Below are positions 11,732 through 25,069 of a DNA stretch of 64,000 nt, piece by piece. The stretch comes from Octopus vulgaris (taxonomy: Eukaryota), in the NCBI GenBank assembly GCA_951406725.2, contig OX597826.1, positions 66,154,001-66,218,000 of the forward strand. The letters run 5' to 3'. Each line of letters begins with the position of its first letter. The first letter of the stretch is position 1. Under the pieces are notes generated by a model. It made no database searches, was not told the origin of the DNA, and saw nothing but the letters and a program-made list of their open reading frames with translations. The position numbers and the translations under genes were made by a program.

Positions 11732-13254
11732 TACATACACACATATATATATCATCGTTGTCATTATCAAAGTTTAACATCCATCTTCCATGCATGCATG
11801 GGCAGGATGGCTGACAGGAGCTGGCCAGGTAGAGAACCCTAGGCTGTGTCTGTTTCTGCAGGGATTTTACGGCTGGATGCCCTTCCTAACACCAACCACT
11901 CTGCAGAATGCTTTTTATGTGGTACTAGCACAGGCGAAGTTAATTTGGCAAGATTTTTACAGCTGGACGCTCGTCCAGATACCAGCCACATTACAGTGTG
12001 GACCAGATGCTTTTAAGTGTGGCACCAGCACTGGTAGGGTAACCAAGTAACTCACAAGACTAAGAATTATGAGAGGGGCAAGGTATTTGTGTCAGAGGAT
12101 GAAAGTTAGAGTGAGTTTCCACCATTTTTCCAATCCTTCCAGGCCTGTCTCTTTGCTTTGATAGTGAGAAGCTAGCCAATCTGGCTTATATTCCCATCAA
12201 ACTGTTAAGTAATTGGTGGCTGGCTGGCTGGCTTTCTAAAGTTAGTGTTGCAGCACCCCATGTCATTTTTTAATTGGTTCCACTGACATGATAATATACA
12301 AACAGTAGACTATATCTAATTAAAGACTACATTTATAAAATGGCAAATCTGAAATGTAACTATTTGCCAACATCACGTTATAATTTAAAGAAAAATCATT
12401 CAGTCACTATGAACAATACAGTATAATTTCTGAAGACACTTGGATCTATATTTCAAGTACAAAAAAGTTTGATATTTTCTTTCTTCTTATATGTGTGTGT
12501 GTATGAGAATGTATGTGGCCTAATGGTTAAGGTATCGCATTTATGATTAATAAGGGTCCGCTTAATGATTAAGTTTAGTTTGGTGGCACATTGTGTTCTT
12601 GAGCAAAACACTTCATTTCATGTTGCTGCAGTCTACTCAGCTGTAGATGGGTAGCCCTGTAACAAACTAGCCTTCTGATTGGAGAAAATGTTAGCTTGCA
12701 GGCTCCCAACCAGTACAGTGGTGTCATTTGGAAACTAAAACAATGGTTGGTGTTGGGAAGGGCATCCAGCTGTAAAAAAACCTTCCAAAACAGACAGATT
12801 AGCATAGGGTAGTTTTCCTACCTGGCCAGCTTGTGAACCGTCCTACCCGTGCATGCAAGGAAGATGGACGTTAAATGTTGATGATGTAAAATAAGTTTTA
12901 TGTTCCCTTTTCCATGCTCGCATTGGTTGGACAGAATTCTTGTCACCACCCTTCACTTGCTTCTGAGTAAGATAAAATGTCCCACAGCTCAGCCGTTGTC
13001 ACAGAACATTGGAAACAAAAGACATGGTTTGTATGATGTTAACATTTATGTACAACTATTACATGGCAGGAGATAACACATCCACACGTGTGTGTGTGTA
13101 TTGTCCATTAGTTTGTTTAGCATTTATTTTCCCATCTTACCACGGATTGGATAGAAACATATTTTGAGAGAGGATTTTACAGCTAATTGCTGTTCTTGTT
13201 GACAGCCTTAACTGTTTTTCATTCAAGTAAGGAATTTTTTTCGTTTTATTCCAT

Positions 13255-13840
13255 ACATCATCATTTAAACTCTGTTGTCCATGCTGGCATGGGTTGGACA
13301 GTTTGACCAGGGCTGGTAAGCTGCACCAGACTCCAGTCTGATTTGGCATGGTTTTCTATGGCTGGATGTCCTTCCTAACGCCAACCACTCCATGAGTTTA
13401 ATGGGTGCTCTTACGTGCCACTGGCATGGGTACCATTTGCATGACACCATTATCTGCCACGACTGCAATTGTATTTGGCTTGATGGGTCTTCTTCTCAAG
13501 CACGACATAATGCCAAAGGTCTCGGTCATTGCCTCCATGAGGTCCAACTCTTGAAAGGAACTCGGCTACTTTGCCTCTGCGAGGCCCAACACTCAAAAAG
13601 TGCTCTTTACGTCCCACTAGCATGGTGTCAATTATGTGACACCAGCATCAGCCATGACTACGGTTTCACTTAGATTGACGGGTCTTCTCAAGGACAGCAT
13701 ATTGCCAAAGGTCTCAGTCACTAGTCATTGCCTCTGTGGGGCAGCTCAAAGTTCAAAGGTCATGCTTCACCACTTCATCCCATATCTTCCTGGGTCTACC
13801 TCTACCACAGGTTCCCTCCACAGACTGTGATTGGCACTTC
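13255..13840 (-). mobile_element. Older 5'-truncated copy of the same RTE family (3' UTR + ORF end)
   Basis: Homologous to 6305-6500 and 7130-7300. Other short 3'-end copies at ~2680-2845, 11460-11610, 11770-11930, 12740-12890, 39290-39460, 44683-44900, 49681-49917, 50451-50608, 51740-51905, 54890-55040 and 55255-55620. Confidence 0.8.
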
Positions 13841-14499
13841 TTTATATAACTGTCCTCGTTGTATATAGATATATATATACACACACACATATATATATAT
13901 GAATGATTATACGTGTGTATATACACAAAAGCACAAATATTATGGTAGAAGTCAATTTCTGTCCAAGTACTACAAGCACTTCTTGGTAAATTGTAAATTT
14001 CTTTAATGTTACCATAGAAGCTCCCAAACAGAGGGCAAGCAGCAATTGCAGGGTTACTGGCCAGTACCTAAATTAGATAAGTTTAGTTTAGACTACCTTT
14101 TCTTGGTCTTTCCTGATTGACAGGGAGGGCAATGCTGTCCCTAAAATGGGTTGGACTGCACAGTTACTGCAGGTACTGCTAAATCCATCACCTTAGTTTG
14201 GAAAAGAAATTTAGAAATTATTTCAAATGGTTTTCTACACCAAAATATTATTCTCTTGGACTTGTTCTGACAAGGACAGGTGTATCTATATTGTTGTCTA
14301 GTTCCAGAAAGCTGGTAACCCTCTACAGGAGTAGGATCAACGACTATCATACATATTCTGTCATATGTTTGTCATTTGACTGCGACCATTCTGGAGCACC
14401 GCCTTGAACTTTTTATGGTCGAATGAATCAAACCCATTACTTAAGCCTTGTCAAGCGTGATGGGGGGACAAACTGACAAACACACACATATATATATAT

Positions 14500-14650
14500 A
14501 TGACAGACTACTTTCAGTTTCTGTCTACCAAATCCACTAACAAAGCTTTACTTAGTCCGAGGCTATATATGACCCTTGCTCAAGGTACCACGTAGTGAGA
14601 CTGAACCCAGAACCATGTGGTTGGGAGGCAAGCTTCTTACCACACAGCCA
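14500..14650 (-). mobile_element. Second SINE family (AGTTTCCGTCTACCAAATCCACTCACAAGG...AAGACACTTGCCCAAGG)
   Basis: Recurs at ~1105-1205, 3185-3325, 32080-32185, 33300-33400, 38335-38420, 39462-39610, 40575-40700, 46610-46730 and 58250-58370. Confidence 0.75.
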
Positions 14651-14732
14651 CACACACAAATATAGACAATATACATACATAAATACACAGAACTGTCTCT
14701 CCTTCTCTCTCTCTCTCTATATATATATATAT

Positions 14733-14779
<47 letters not shown>

Positions 14780-15184
14780 TTTATATATATATACACACAC
14801 ATATATATATATATAGAGAGAGAGATACACAATCACATATAAACACACACACATAAATATATGTCGTTTAAAAATAAAACATAAGTTTATATAAACATAT
14901 ATGTAACATGCTTGTAGAAAACGCGCATGCATACATACACACCACATGTATGTATATATATATATACATACATACATATGTATCCACACACCGATTTGAA
15001 AAGGTTAAAGGGGTGCTTAGAGGCGAGGTGTATGTTAAGTTGTGAAAAGCACAAATAAAAGGAAATCGTAGCTGAAAGGTAAAAAACAAATGATAGTAAA
15101 GTGCACAGATACATATATATAAACATATACAGATAAAATATGTACGATATATGTATATATAAATATATATAAAGTGAGACATAC

Positions 15185-15210
15185 GAAAACAAGGAATCAC
15201 AATTGTCCAT
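15185..15210 (-). CDS. SUGT1: SGT1 homolog, coding exon 1 (MDNCDSLF-S)
   Basis: ATG at 15210, 26 nt, then a GTATGT donor (phase 2). Joins in frame (TC+G=Ser) to the exon at 6230-6278. Confidence 0.75.
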
Positions 15211-15270
15211 GTTGCTAGCAACGAAGCAGAGGAATTCTGGGAAATCTTCTGGAAACTTCCTCAGGACACC

Positions 15271-15300
15271 AAAAGTTATCTCCCTTCCGTACGATGGCGC
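15271..15300 (-). promoter_or_regulatory. Putative SUGT1 core promoter motifs (GGGAGATAACT; YY1-like ATGGCG)
   Basis: AGTTATCTCCC and GATGGCG lie 60-90 nt upstream of the ATG in a locally GC-richer patch. Confidence 0.4.
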
Positions 15301-15524
15301 TCAGCTGCTTTGATTTATTTATTTATTTATTTATTAGTATTTTTGTGGTCTTTGTTCTGCTTCTTTATCTCATTAATGGTTTATAAGAAAATGTTATTAG
15401 TTGGGCAATGTTTTTCAACCATAAAAAATTGCTTGATTTTTTAACCTTGTTTTCATACTTTTTCTAATCTTATTTTCGTACATTTATTTTTTTACTTTAT
15501 TTTTTAAAAACTTTATTATTAATA

Positions 15525-16650
15525 TTCCTTTCTATTGTAGGCACAAGGTCTGAAATTTTGGAAGTGGGGGTACAGTCAATTACATTGATCCCCAGTGCTC
15601 AACTGGTACTTGTTTCATCGACTATGGAAAGATAAAAAGCTAAGTTGACCTCGGCGGAATTTGAACTCAGAACGTAACACCGGGCGAAATACCTATTTCT
15701 TTACCACCCACAAGGGGCTAAACACAGAGGGGTCAAACAAGGACAGACACACGGATTAAGTCGATTACATCGACCCTAGTGCGTAACTGGTACTTATTTA
15801 ATCGACCCCGAAAGGATGAAAGGCAAAGTCGACCTCGGCGGAATTTGAACTCAGAACGTAGCGGCAGACGAAATACCTATTTCTTTACTACCCACAAGGG
15901 GCTGCACACAGAGAGGACAAACAAAGACAGACAAACGGATTAAGTCGGTTATATCGACCCCAGTGCGTAACTGGTACTTAATTTATCGACCCGGAAAGGA
16001 TGATAGGCAACGTCGACCTTGGCTGAATTTGAACTCAGAACGTAACGGCAGACGAAATACCGCTAAGCATTTTGCCCGGCATGCTAACGATTCTGCCGAT
16101 TATAAATCTTGGCACAAAGCCTGCAATTTCGAGGGAGGGGATAACTCAGTTACTTCGACCCTAGCACTCAACTGGTACTTATTTTGTCGGCCCCGAAAGA
16201 ATGAAAGACAAAGTCGACCTCGGCGGTATTTGATCTCAGAATGTAAAGATGGACGAAATGCCGCTAAGCGTTTTGATATACGAGAATTATCAAAACAATT
16301 TTTAAAAAGTAGCTGTTGCGGAAATTTAATATAGTACAATATGATGTAATATTATAATATATTTTGCAAGGATTTTTTTCAGCATCGAAAAACTGTGTTC
16401 TACAGCAGCTGATGTCGCTTGGTATTGCGGCGAGCTGGCAGAATCGTTAGCACGCCGGGCGAAATGCGTGGCCGTATTTCGTCTGCCGTTACGTTCTGAG
16501 TTCAAATTCCGCCGAAGTCGACTTTGCCTTTCATCCTTTCAGGGTCGATAAATTAAGTACCAGTTACGCACTGAGATCGATTTAATCCGTGTTTCTGTCC
16601 TTGTTTGTCCCCTCTGTGTTTAGCCCCTTGTGGGTAGTAAAGAAATAGGT
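15525..16650. mobile_element. Cluster of tRNA-derived octopus SINEs (four minus copies, one plus copy at 16428-16650)
   Basis: Unit GGCGGCGAGCTGGCAGAA..GTTCAAATTCC (A/B-box-like) plus GCCTTTCATCCTTTCGGGGTCGATAAATTAAGTACCAG (Meta-domain-like). Further copies at ~17195-17311, 23731-23960, 24279-24690, 27118-27350, 31527-31856, 39612-39780, 42356-42572, 50153-50717, 53226-53452, 56354-56560 and 57040-57240. Confidence 0.85.
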
Positions 16651-17317
16651 ATTGTCTCAGATCTGCCTTTTTTTTTTTTTTTTTTTTTGTTTGGTGTCAT
16701 AAAGTATAATTTATAGAGAATTCATTTAGAAATTAAGATCAATTACCATACAATGAAAATACCAGTTGGTAAACACGTCAGTACAGTGAGAAAAAAGAGA
16801 ACAGAAATAAATAACCCTCTAGTGTATTTTCTATCTGCCACATTTGACGGGTTTACTAGCGTCGGGAGATACAAAACAATTGTTATAATTTGCTATAATT
16901 AAGTGAAAAGAGATATATTTTACAAAAGAAAAACATCAAAGCAATGTGTGCGACACCAAGTACCTCACTTGATCGTACACTACAAGGTTCAACGGAACTT
17001 GCTGAAGCAAACCAACACGCTCGCGGTGTTACCATAGGTGATGGTGAGACTAAGGCGTTGAAACAGCCAAGTACCCTCGCAGGCATCACCGGATGGATAC
17101 CTCTGTAAGGCGAGCTGCCAACGATGACCGCTGTTAGCGGCCCAGCCCCTCCAACTATCTCAAATGCCAAAGGCTGGAAAACACTTTATATATATTTCTT
17201 TACTACCCACAAGGGGCTACACAGAGGGGACAAACAAGGACAGACAAACGGATTAAATCGATTACAACGACCCCAGTGCGTAACTGGTACTTAGCCAGGT
17301 GCCAATACTTCAGGATT

Positions 17318-17690
17318 TTGTTCCACTCGGCTACGGAAGCAGTTACCGTTCCATTTATCGCAGCATCCAGGATGTGGGAGGGTGCAAAAGAGCTACAGGA
17401 TGTGGCGTGTTCCAGATGAGGCACCTACCGCTAATCCAGAGACAGTGGGTTAAGACCATCTGCTCTCTTCCCATCATTTCTGAATAACCCTGCCGGCTCC
17501 AGCATCGAGGGGATATTAACCCGAGCCAGGGTCCGCTTAATGATTAAGTTTAGTTCGGTGTGACGAGCGAAACGACCAGCATTTAGGCGGCAAGACAAAC
17601 TGTGAAGACCTATGGGGGTCGAGAGGCCTACCACAGCGACATCTCAGTCCTCTACAGTCGTCAGTTCCCACTTTGAGTATGATGGACATG
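17318..17690 (-). mobile_element. CRE-clade non-LTR retrotransposon fragment (CCHC + restriction-like endonuclease)
   Basis: Frameshifted CRCGRPLD-GLHSLSCR..GRFARH..LN.IIKR.L..V.IP..LEP.GLFR.DGKR.DG..W..GRCLIW...FAPSH. Confidence 0.8.
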
Positions 17691-19051
17691 CACAGCTCAT
17701 CTACACTGAGTAAACCACTAATTTCTTGCAAGGGAGATCATTCAACTATCTAGCTACCGTTACAAGTAGGTTAGCAATTTTTTTGTTCTTTGATCTCACT
17801 TTCATCAACAATTAATTATACATTTTGATCAACCAGGCAACTCTTGCAATTTTCAACTGTGTTTGCACAAAGCATATCAGTATATTTTCGGCACGTAGAT
17901 TGAGATGCAGTGGCTTATTGATAGAATCAAAGTGATTTCTCAAAATTGAATTAGTGAGCTTAATAAGGTAATTAAAAAAGAACTCCTCAATCAACTTTAA
18001 AAAAGATCCAGCAACGCAACAGCAAAAGAAAATGCAGAAGATCGTTTTCCTCTGCTTTAATGAGATTCAAAACCGAATCCACATTTCTATTGCTTGTCAG
18101 ACGAATGTCTGGTCCTCTGTTTCTTCTCTCTGTACCGGGAGGTTAATGAGGATAATTTCACCTCAGAGACCTTCGGTGGTCGTAGAAAGTTCAATCCTCT
18201 GTTTTAGGGTTGACCAACTTCTTTGCCAAACCTTACATAAATAAATGAAAGGTTTGTTTCACTCTCTTTGCTATCCGCCGGTTAACCGAGAGCATTTTCG
18301 GGCTGAATTGAAAGGGACAACATAATTCTTACCCTTTCTTCCTCTCTCACACATACACACACCATGAGAATGCGAGCAACAACATTGTCAACGTCAAATT
18401 ACTGTGATTATTACTGCCAAGATTTGCATCACTGTTCCAACGGCCAAATAAAACCGATAAATAATTATTTTTACGGTGTTTCTTTCGTATGCTGTCTCAC
18501 GACTTCGACCAAACATTATAGCAGTGGTTCCCAGACTTTTTCAGGCTGCCGTCCCCTTGGCACCCAGACCAAACTCCTAACGCCCCTTCCTCGTTCACCA
18601 CCATAAACATTGACCATTTTCTACAGCAAATCCAAAGCAACTATATTTCACATATGAACTTAACCTAATAAATCCATTATTTTGGAGTTTTTTTTTACAT
18701 CCATCACCCCCTTTTGATCATCCCATTATCATCCCACATTTCTTCAATGTCCCCTGTAATTGAAAATCCAGAAAGTCCAAGCGATAAAATTATTCTTTGG
18801 AAAGTATATAAATGCGCACGCGGTAGGCCCAGGGCTATAGTAGAAAACACTTTCCTAAGGTACCGCGAAGTGAGACAGAACCAAAGACCACATGGTTTGA
18901 AAAGAGTTTCTTGGAAGGCACGTATTTAAATGAATACACATTTACCCCTCGTGTATGTATGTATGTATGTATGTATGTATGTATGTATGTATGTATGTAT
19001 GTATGTATGTATGTATGTATGTATGTATGTATGTATGTATGTATGTATGTA

Positions 19052-19357
19052 TGGTCGAGTGGTTAAGGTATTCGGCTCACGATTGTAAGGTCATCAGTTC
19101 GATTCCCGGCGACACGTTGTGTCCGGGAGCAAAATATTTTATATCATGCTGCTCCAGTCCACCCTGCTGGCAAAAATGAGCAGTACGTGTATGTTGAGGG
19201 GTCAGCCTTGTATCACGCTGAATCTCCCCGAGAACTATGTTACGGGTACACGTGTCTGTGGAGTGCTCAATCACTTGCTCTTTAATTTCACGAGCAGGCT
19301 TTTCCGTTGACCGAATCAACTGGAACACTCGTCGTCGTAACCGACGGAGTGCCAGAA
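19052..19357 (+). mobile_element. Third SINE family (tRNA-like head TGGTCGAGTGGTTAAGG..GTTCGATTCC) inserted in a (TATG)n microsatellite
   Basis: A/B boxes. Related sequence at ~4470-4620, 12515-12740, 26085-26360, 46000-46470, 46745-47050 and 48495-48720. Confidence 0.7.
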
Positions 19358-19543
19358 TGTATGTATGTATGTATCTATGTATGTATGTATGTATGTATGT
19401 ATGTATGTATGTATGTATGTATGTATGTATGCATGCATGTATGTATGTATGTATGTATGTATGTATGTATGTATGTATGTATGTATGTATGATGTATGTA
19501 TGTATGCATGCATGTATGTATGGCGGAGTGGGAATGATATTTG

Positions 19544-20312
19544 GGATCTTTTCCTTTTGAACGGCAGTTTGTAACATAATTTCTAGGTAACTAAAAAGTT
19601 TTAAACTTCCTATACTGGTAGAATGTGTTTATAAAACATCATTTTCACTTGGTTTTATTGGGAAAATTCTATAGTTTGTAAGATATTTCGTCTGAAAATC
19701 CGAGCATTTCGGCAATTTTAACCAATCGACTACCTCCAATGAACTAAAATCATTTACTGCGTCTAAAACTGAGACAACATCCTGTCACTAACCCTCAACC
19801 TAACCCTAACCCTAATTTTTTTTCTTAATTGTTAAATTAATTTAATTGTTACGCGTGTTAAAAAAACGAAAGCAATGGAAAATAATTTAAACAATTAACA
19901 TACAAAATAATTCTACGCTTTCCGTACGTATACGGAAAGCGTGTGTATAAAATTATAGAATTATTTTGTTTGTTAATTGTTTAAATTATTTTCCATTGCT
20001 TTCGTTTTTTTAACACGCGTAACAATTAAATTAATTTAACAATTAAGAAAAAAAAATTAGGGTTAGGATTAGGTTGAGGGTTAGTGACAGGATGTTGTTT
20101 CAGTTTTAGACGCAGTAAATGATTTTAGCTCAAAAGAGAGCATAGGATTGGTTAAAATTCGAAAAATTAAACTACGTTAAACAAACAAATTACAATTTTC
20201 TCAAGAAAGCCAAGAGAAAAAAATGTTTTATTTTGACACATTCTACCAGTATACGAAGTTTTAAAGTGTTTAGTTAACTAGAAATTGTCTGCCGTTCAAA
20301 AGGAAAAGATCC
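19544..20312. mobile_element. 769-bp foldback MITE, GG termini, 8-bp TSD (Merlin-like)
   Basis: GGATCTTTTCCTTTTGAACGGCAG / CTGCCGTTCAAAAGGAAAAGATCC; perfect TSD GATATTTG at 19536-19543 and 20313-20320; palindromic over nearly its whole length. Confidence 0.9.
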
Positions 20313-20569
20313 GATATTTGTTAAGAGAATTCCCTGTTCGAAGGCTAATTCTCATGAAGATCTTATGATCAAAGCGTCTCTGTCGCCAACAACCTGTTTT
20401 ACATTCATATGATATACCCAATGTGTCCATTCAATTTTAGGACAGCAGGGTGTGTTTCGAGAGAAATTTCAGAGAAATATCGTTCGAAGGTCGTTGACAG
20501 ATTTAAGGTCGTTCACACATTTTGAACATGATCAACTGTATGTGAATGCATGCAATCAAACCTAACAAT

Positions 20570-21320
20570 ACTCTTACAGATCCCCCAAATGAGAAACCTG
20601 ATAGATAAAAGCTATCTACAAAATAGTAAATGTCAGGAAAAAAACCCTTAAAAAACAATTCTCAAGGGCAAAATTCACATCAGAGAATGAAACAGAATTC
20701 TCCGTAAAAGAATGTGGAGATAGCAGATGTAGAATATGCAACAACAACGATGACTTCAAAATATATAGATGGGGACACCCACATAAAATTCAAGAGTGGG
20801 TTCTCGTTTAACGTAAATGCAAATATGACCTGCAAGACACAAAATCTCATCTACTGCATCACTTGCCCCAAATGTTAGGAGAATTATATTGGCGAAACGC
20901 GCAAGAATCCACAGGCAGCAAATGTTACAAGAGGAACTACGGAAACTTCCACTGAGCAAACATTTGGAAATATGTGGAGAAGGAAAATCCAAGATCTTCC
21001 TCGGATCTTTTCATTTTCAAGGCCTGATTGTCAGATTTTTCTAGTTAACTAAATAATTTGAAACTTCGTATACTGGTAGGGTGTCTCAAAAGAAAACACT
21101 AGTTTCAGCTTGTTTATTTGAGAAAAATGTATTTTATAACTTTAAACGTAGATTAAAATCTGCGAATTTTGACCAATCGTATTGTTTGTTTTCATTTGAA
21201 ATAATTAACTATTCTACCAGTATACGAAGTTTCAAATTGTTTGGTTAAGTAGGAAAAATCTGACAAATCAGGCCTTGAAAATGAAAAGATCCTCTTCCCC
21301 TTCTATAAATGCTCAAGAAA
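20570..21320 (+). mobile_element. Penelope-like GIY-YIG endonuclease remnant, split by a MITE
   Basis: ECGDSRCRIC...NMTCKTQNLIYCITCPKC*ENYIGET...LSKHLEICG..KIF|PFYK, with stops and frameshifts. Confidence 0.8.
21003..21292. mobile_element. MITE related to 19544-20312
   Basis: GGATCTTTTCATTTTCAAGGCCTGA TIRs; 8-bp TSD TCTTCCTC/TCTTCCCC. Removing it restores the KIFPFYK reading. Confidence 0.85.
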
Positions 21321-22246
21321 CGACCCAAACTTCCGAAAGACAATGGAACTATATTTCATAAAGAAGCTCTCACCAAAATTAAACGGTTGATTTGGAAATA
21401 TGTGGATAAGGAAAATTCAAGGAACGCAGATCATATTTATAGTTTTTTAAAAAGAAGTTCAGATCACCTTCCCACACTTAAACTTTTTTCAGGTTGTATT
21501 TAAAATCATACCTATACTTTAAAATCACTCTTTCAAAAACATAGCCATATGTTTTAAAAATAAAAAACTTGACCACATCCATACAACCATTCTCCACACC
21601 CTTACATTAGTGAATACAAAAGAATTTAAAAAAACAAGACCTTGAAATGTGATTATTATTCTTACTGGAGAAGATCAAAAACAACATCTGGTCTTCCTAT
21701 TAAAAACCTCGACCACTTGAATAAATAAAATTCCTTCCCTTCCCCACCCAAAAGGTTACTAAAAAGGAAAAAAAAAACAACATATTGAGTCAAGCAAGAT
21801 TGATCACACTGACACACAAAAACCACACCTCCTTTACCTCCCCACCCTCCCAAACGTTTTTCTTCTTTCTTTTCCTTTCCTTTGCAAACCCCAAAACATT
21901 CCTACTTTCTCTATTTTCATTATCTCTCACTCTCTACTCTTCTCTTACCCCTGCTCCTTCCCTTCTATTTTGTTCCTCTCTTTCCCCTTACCTCACTCTT
22001 CCCCATTTCTCCCCCTCTCTAAAACATTATCAGTTTCAATTTTATAAACATAAAAACGGCAAAGCAAACTTACTGTAAACCAATTTTTTGATAAATTCGA
22101 TAACGGAAGAAAGCGCTTACAAATGTATAAATACTTTATCATTCTCAATATGCAATATCTGTGCATCACTTCAAAACCTCTCTAAATATATATGCATACA
22201 CACACACACAAGCATATTTATAAACCTCTATATGAGTATATAACCA

Positions 22247-22388
<142 letters not shown>

Positions 22389-22389
22389 T

Positions 22390-23265
22390 GGCCTGCAAAA
22401 AACATAACATACAAAAAACACAAGAAGAAAACAGCTGTTCATGCAGGAATAAAGAATTGTGCCCGCTAAATGGAGCTTGCATGTCCAAGACCATCATATA
22501 TGAAGCTACCGTAAACTCTATAACCACTAAAGACACCGTTTCGACGAAGAAATACGTGGGCCTTACAGAGGGTAATTTCAAGGCCAGGTTCAATAACAAC
22601 ACTTTGAGCTTTAGGCACTGGAACAAAAGAAAAGCGACACAATTATCCAATCATATTTGGTCTTTAAGAGATAAAGGTGTCGATTATAACATACAATGGA
22701 AGATTTTGGCCAGATGTAAGCCCTATACTAACGGCAGCGGAAGGTGCGGTTTATGCGACATGGAGAGATGGCTTATCTGGAAAAGCAGCTTAGACCCTAC
22801 CACATGTCTAAATACAAGGACAGAGCTTTTCGGATCATGCCCACATGTGACTAAATTTCTGTTACGTTTTTGGTCCCCTAAGGAAAACGGATAGAACATG
22901 CTTTCTGTGTTATGTCCCAAGAAGAATTTATATATTTTTATATTTTTATATAATTTTATATATATATATTTTTATGTATTTTTATATAATTTTTATGACG
23001 AAAAATGCGAGCGATGTATAAGTACGCAGGCAAAGCAGAGTTATAACAGAGTAATTTCCCTTCATTTTTAACGGTATTTTTTCATAACGTTTTCAAATAG
23101 CCAGATAACCGAAGAGATGGTGTTGTGGATTTCCACTTCGGCATCTGAAACTCAGAGTTTTATCTTGACTACCGAGTAATGTAACATATTGTATAGATAA
23201 ATTTCCTCTATTTACATAATATTGAGGTCTCTTTCTTTCTTTTGTTATCTTACCGTTTTATCAAT
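22390..23265 (+). mobile_element. 5'-truncated Penelope-like element: intact GIY-YIG 3' ORF (to 22894) plus pseudo-LTR
   Basis: CSCRNKELCPLNGAC...IIYEATV...YVGLTEGNFKARF...CGLC..E...LNTRTE..CPH; flanked by TA/TG microsatellites. Confidence 0.9.
23103..23165 (+). ncRNA. Minimal type I hammerhead-like ribozyme in the PLE pseudo-LTR
   Basis: Stem I AGATAA/TTATCT, core CCGAAGA (U4->C variant), stem II GATG/CATC, GAAA, stem III ACT-cag-AGT, cleavage triplet GUU. Confidence 0.55.
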
Positions 23266-23399
23266 ATATATATATATATATATATATGCGTATATGTGTG
23301 TGTGTACATATATATGTGTATATATATATTGTAGTTAAGGGATCCCATGTTAATTCGTAGATTTGATCGAAAACGAGTGTTTGTGTGTGTGTGTGTATG

Positions 23400-23468
<69 letters not shown>

Positions 23469-23605
23469 TGTGAAAGTTTTCTGCTACACCTGCGTTAACG
23501 CAATAATTTGCATCCATACAATTCCTTTTAGTCTGCCATGCTGCTGGTTGTACAAGTTTCAAAAGTATAAAACTATCTTGATTTTGGCGCCCTTCTTTTT
23601 GCCAT

Positions 23606-23651
<46 letters not shown>

Positions 23652-25069
23652 AGCCAGTGAGGTAGCATCATTCTAAATTTACAAGTTGAGAAAGCGCATT
23701 GTGACTAGCGGTGCGTAACAACATCAGATAGGCGGCGAGCTGGCAGAAACGTTAGCACGCCGGGCGAAATGCGTAGCCGTATTTCGTCTGCCATTACGTT
23801 CTGAGTTCAAATTCCGCCGAGGTCGACTTTGCCTTTCATCCTTTCGGGGTCGATAAATTAAGTACCAGTAACGCACTGGGGTCGATATAATCGACTTAAT
23901 CCGTTTGTCTATTCTTGTTTGTCCCCTCTATGTTTAGCCCCTTGTGGGCAATAAAGAAATAACATCAGATAGTCTGGTCGGAAAAAGCAAAATGGGTGTC
24001 ATGCTAATTTTGATTCATACAATTTTTAATGTTATCAAATCAGGTTCAGCAGGAAATGTTACACATATAAATGCATAACGCTACAACGCGTATGTAATAT
24101 TTTGATTAAAGAGACCGGCGACTTGGCGTGTGAAAAGAAGAAAGCAAGAGGAAAAGTCGGACTTCTTAAGCATACAAGTGAGCTCTTTGTGGTTTTTTAA
24201 GACATTCCCCCGCGGCTACGTCACTGTCGTCATAGCAACTACTGACACACAATGTTAGGTAGAAACGGAAGAATAAAAGGCAGCGACCTGGCAAGACGTT
24301 AGCACGCCGGGCGAAATGCGTAGCCGTATTTCGGCCGTGTGAACGATCTAGGTTCAAATTCCGCCGAGGTCGACTTTGCCTTTCATCCTTTCGGGGTCGA
24401 TTAAATAAGTACCAGTTACGTACTGGGGTCGATGTAATCGACTTAATCCGTTTGTCTGTCCTTGTCTGTCCTCTCTGTGTTTAGCCCCTTGTGGGTAATA
24501 AAGAAATAGGTATTTCGCCTGCCGTTACGTTCTGAGTTCAAATTCCGCCGAGGTCGACTTTGCTTTTCATCCTTTCGGAGTCGATTAAATAAGTACCAGT
24601 TACGCACTGGGGTCGATATAATCGACTTAATTCCTTTGTCTGTTCATGTTTGTCCCCTCTGTGTTTAGCCCCTTTGTGGGTAGTAAAGAAATGAGAAACT
24701 GAAAGATAAAACGATAGAAAGAATATGAGAGATAGTGGGAGTGGGGGTGAAATGAAAAGTGTAAGAAAACAACGTATTGGAGATAATTAGAGAGATGGGG
24801 GACGAAACCCTTTGGAGAAACCCACATGTTGAAAACAATAAACACGGTTTCAAACGGTGAGTGCATATTGAATAGTTTAATTTAAAAAAGGAATTGCGAG
24901 AAAATAAGGAATAGGATCGTATGGAAAAATTGAGAAATAGGGCGATATGATACTAAATTATCAACTTTTTCTATGACTCCAGTTATTATTACATTAAATA
25001 TTTTCCTACTAGAGTTTATGTGTGCCACCTTAGTTTGCGGTCTTCTCAGCCATTTACAGTTTAATGTGC

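Noticed and set aside
16428-16512. tRNA-like A/B box sequences
   Set aside because: They are heads of multi-copy SINEs, not cloverleaf tRNA genes.
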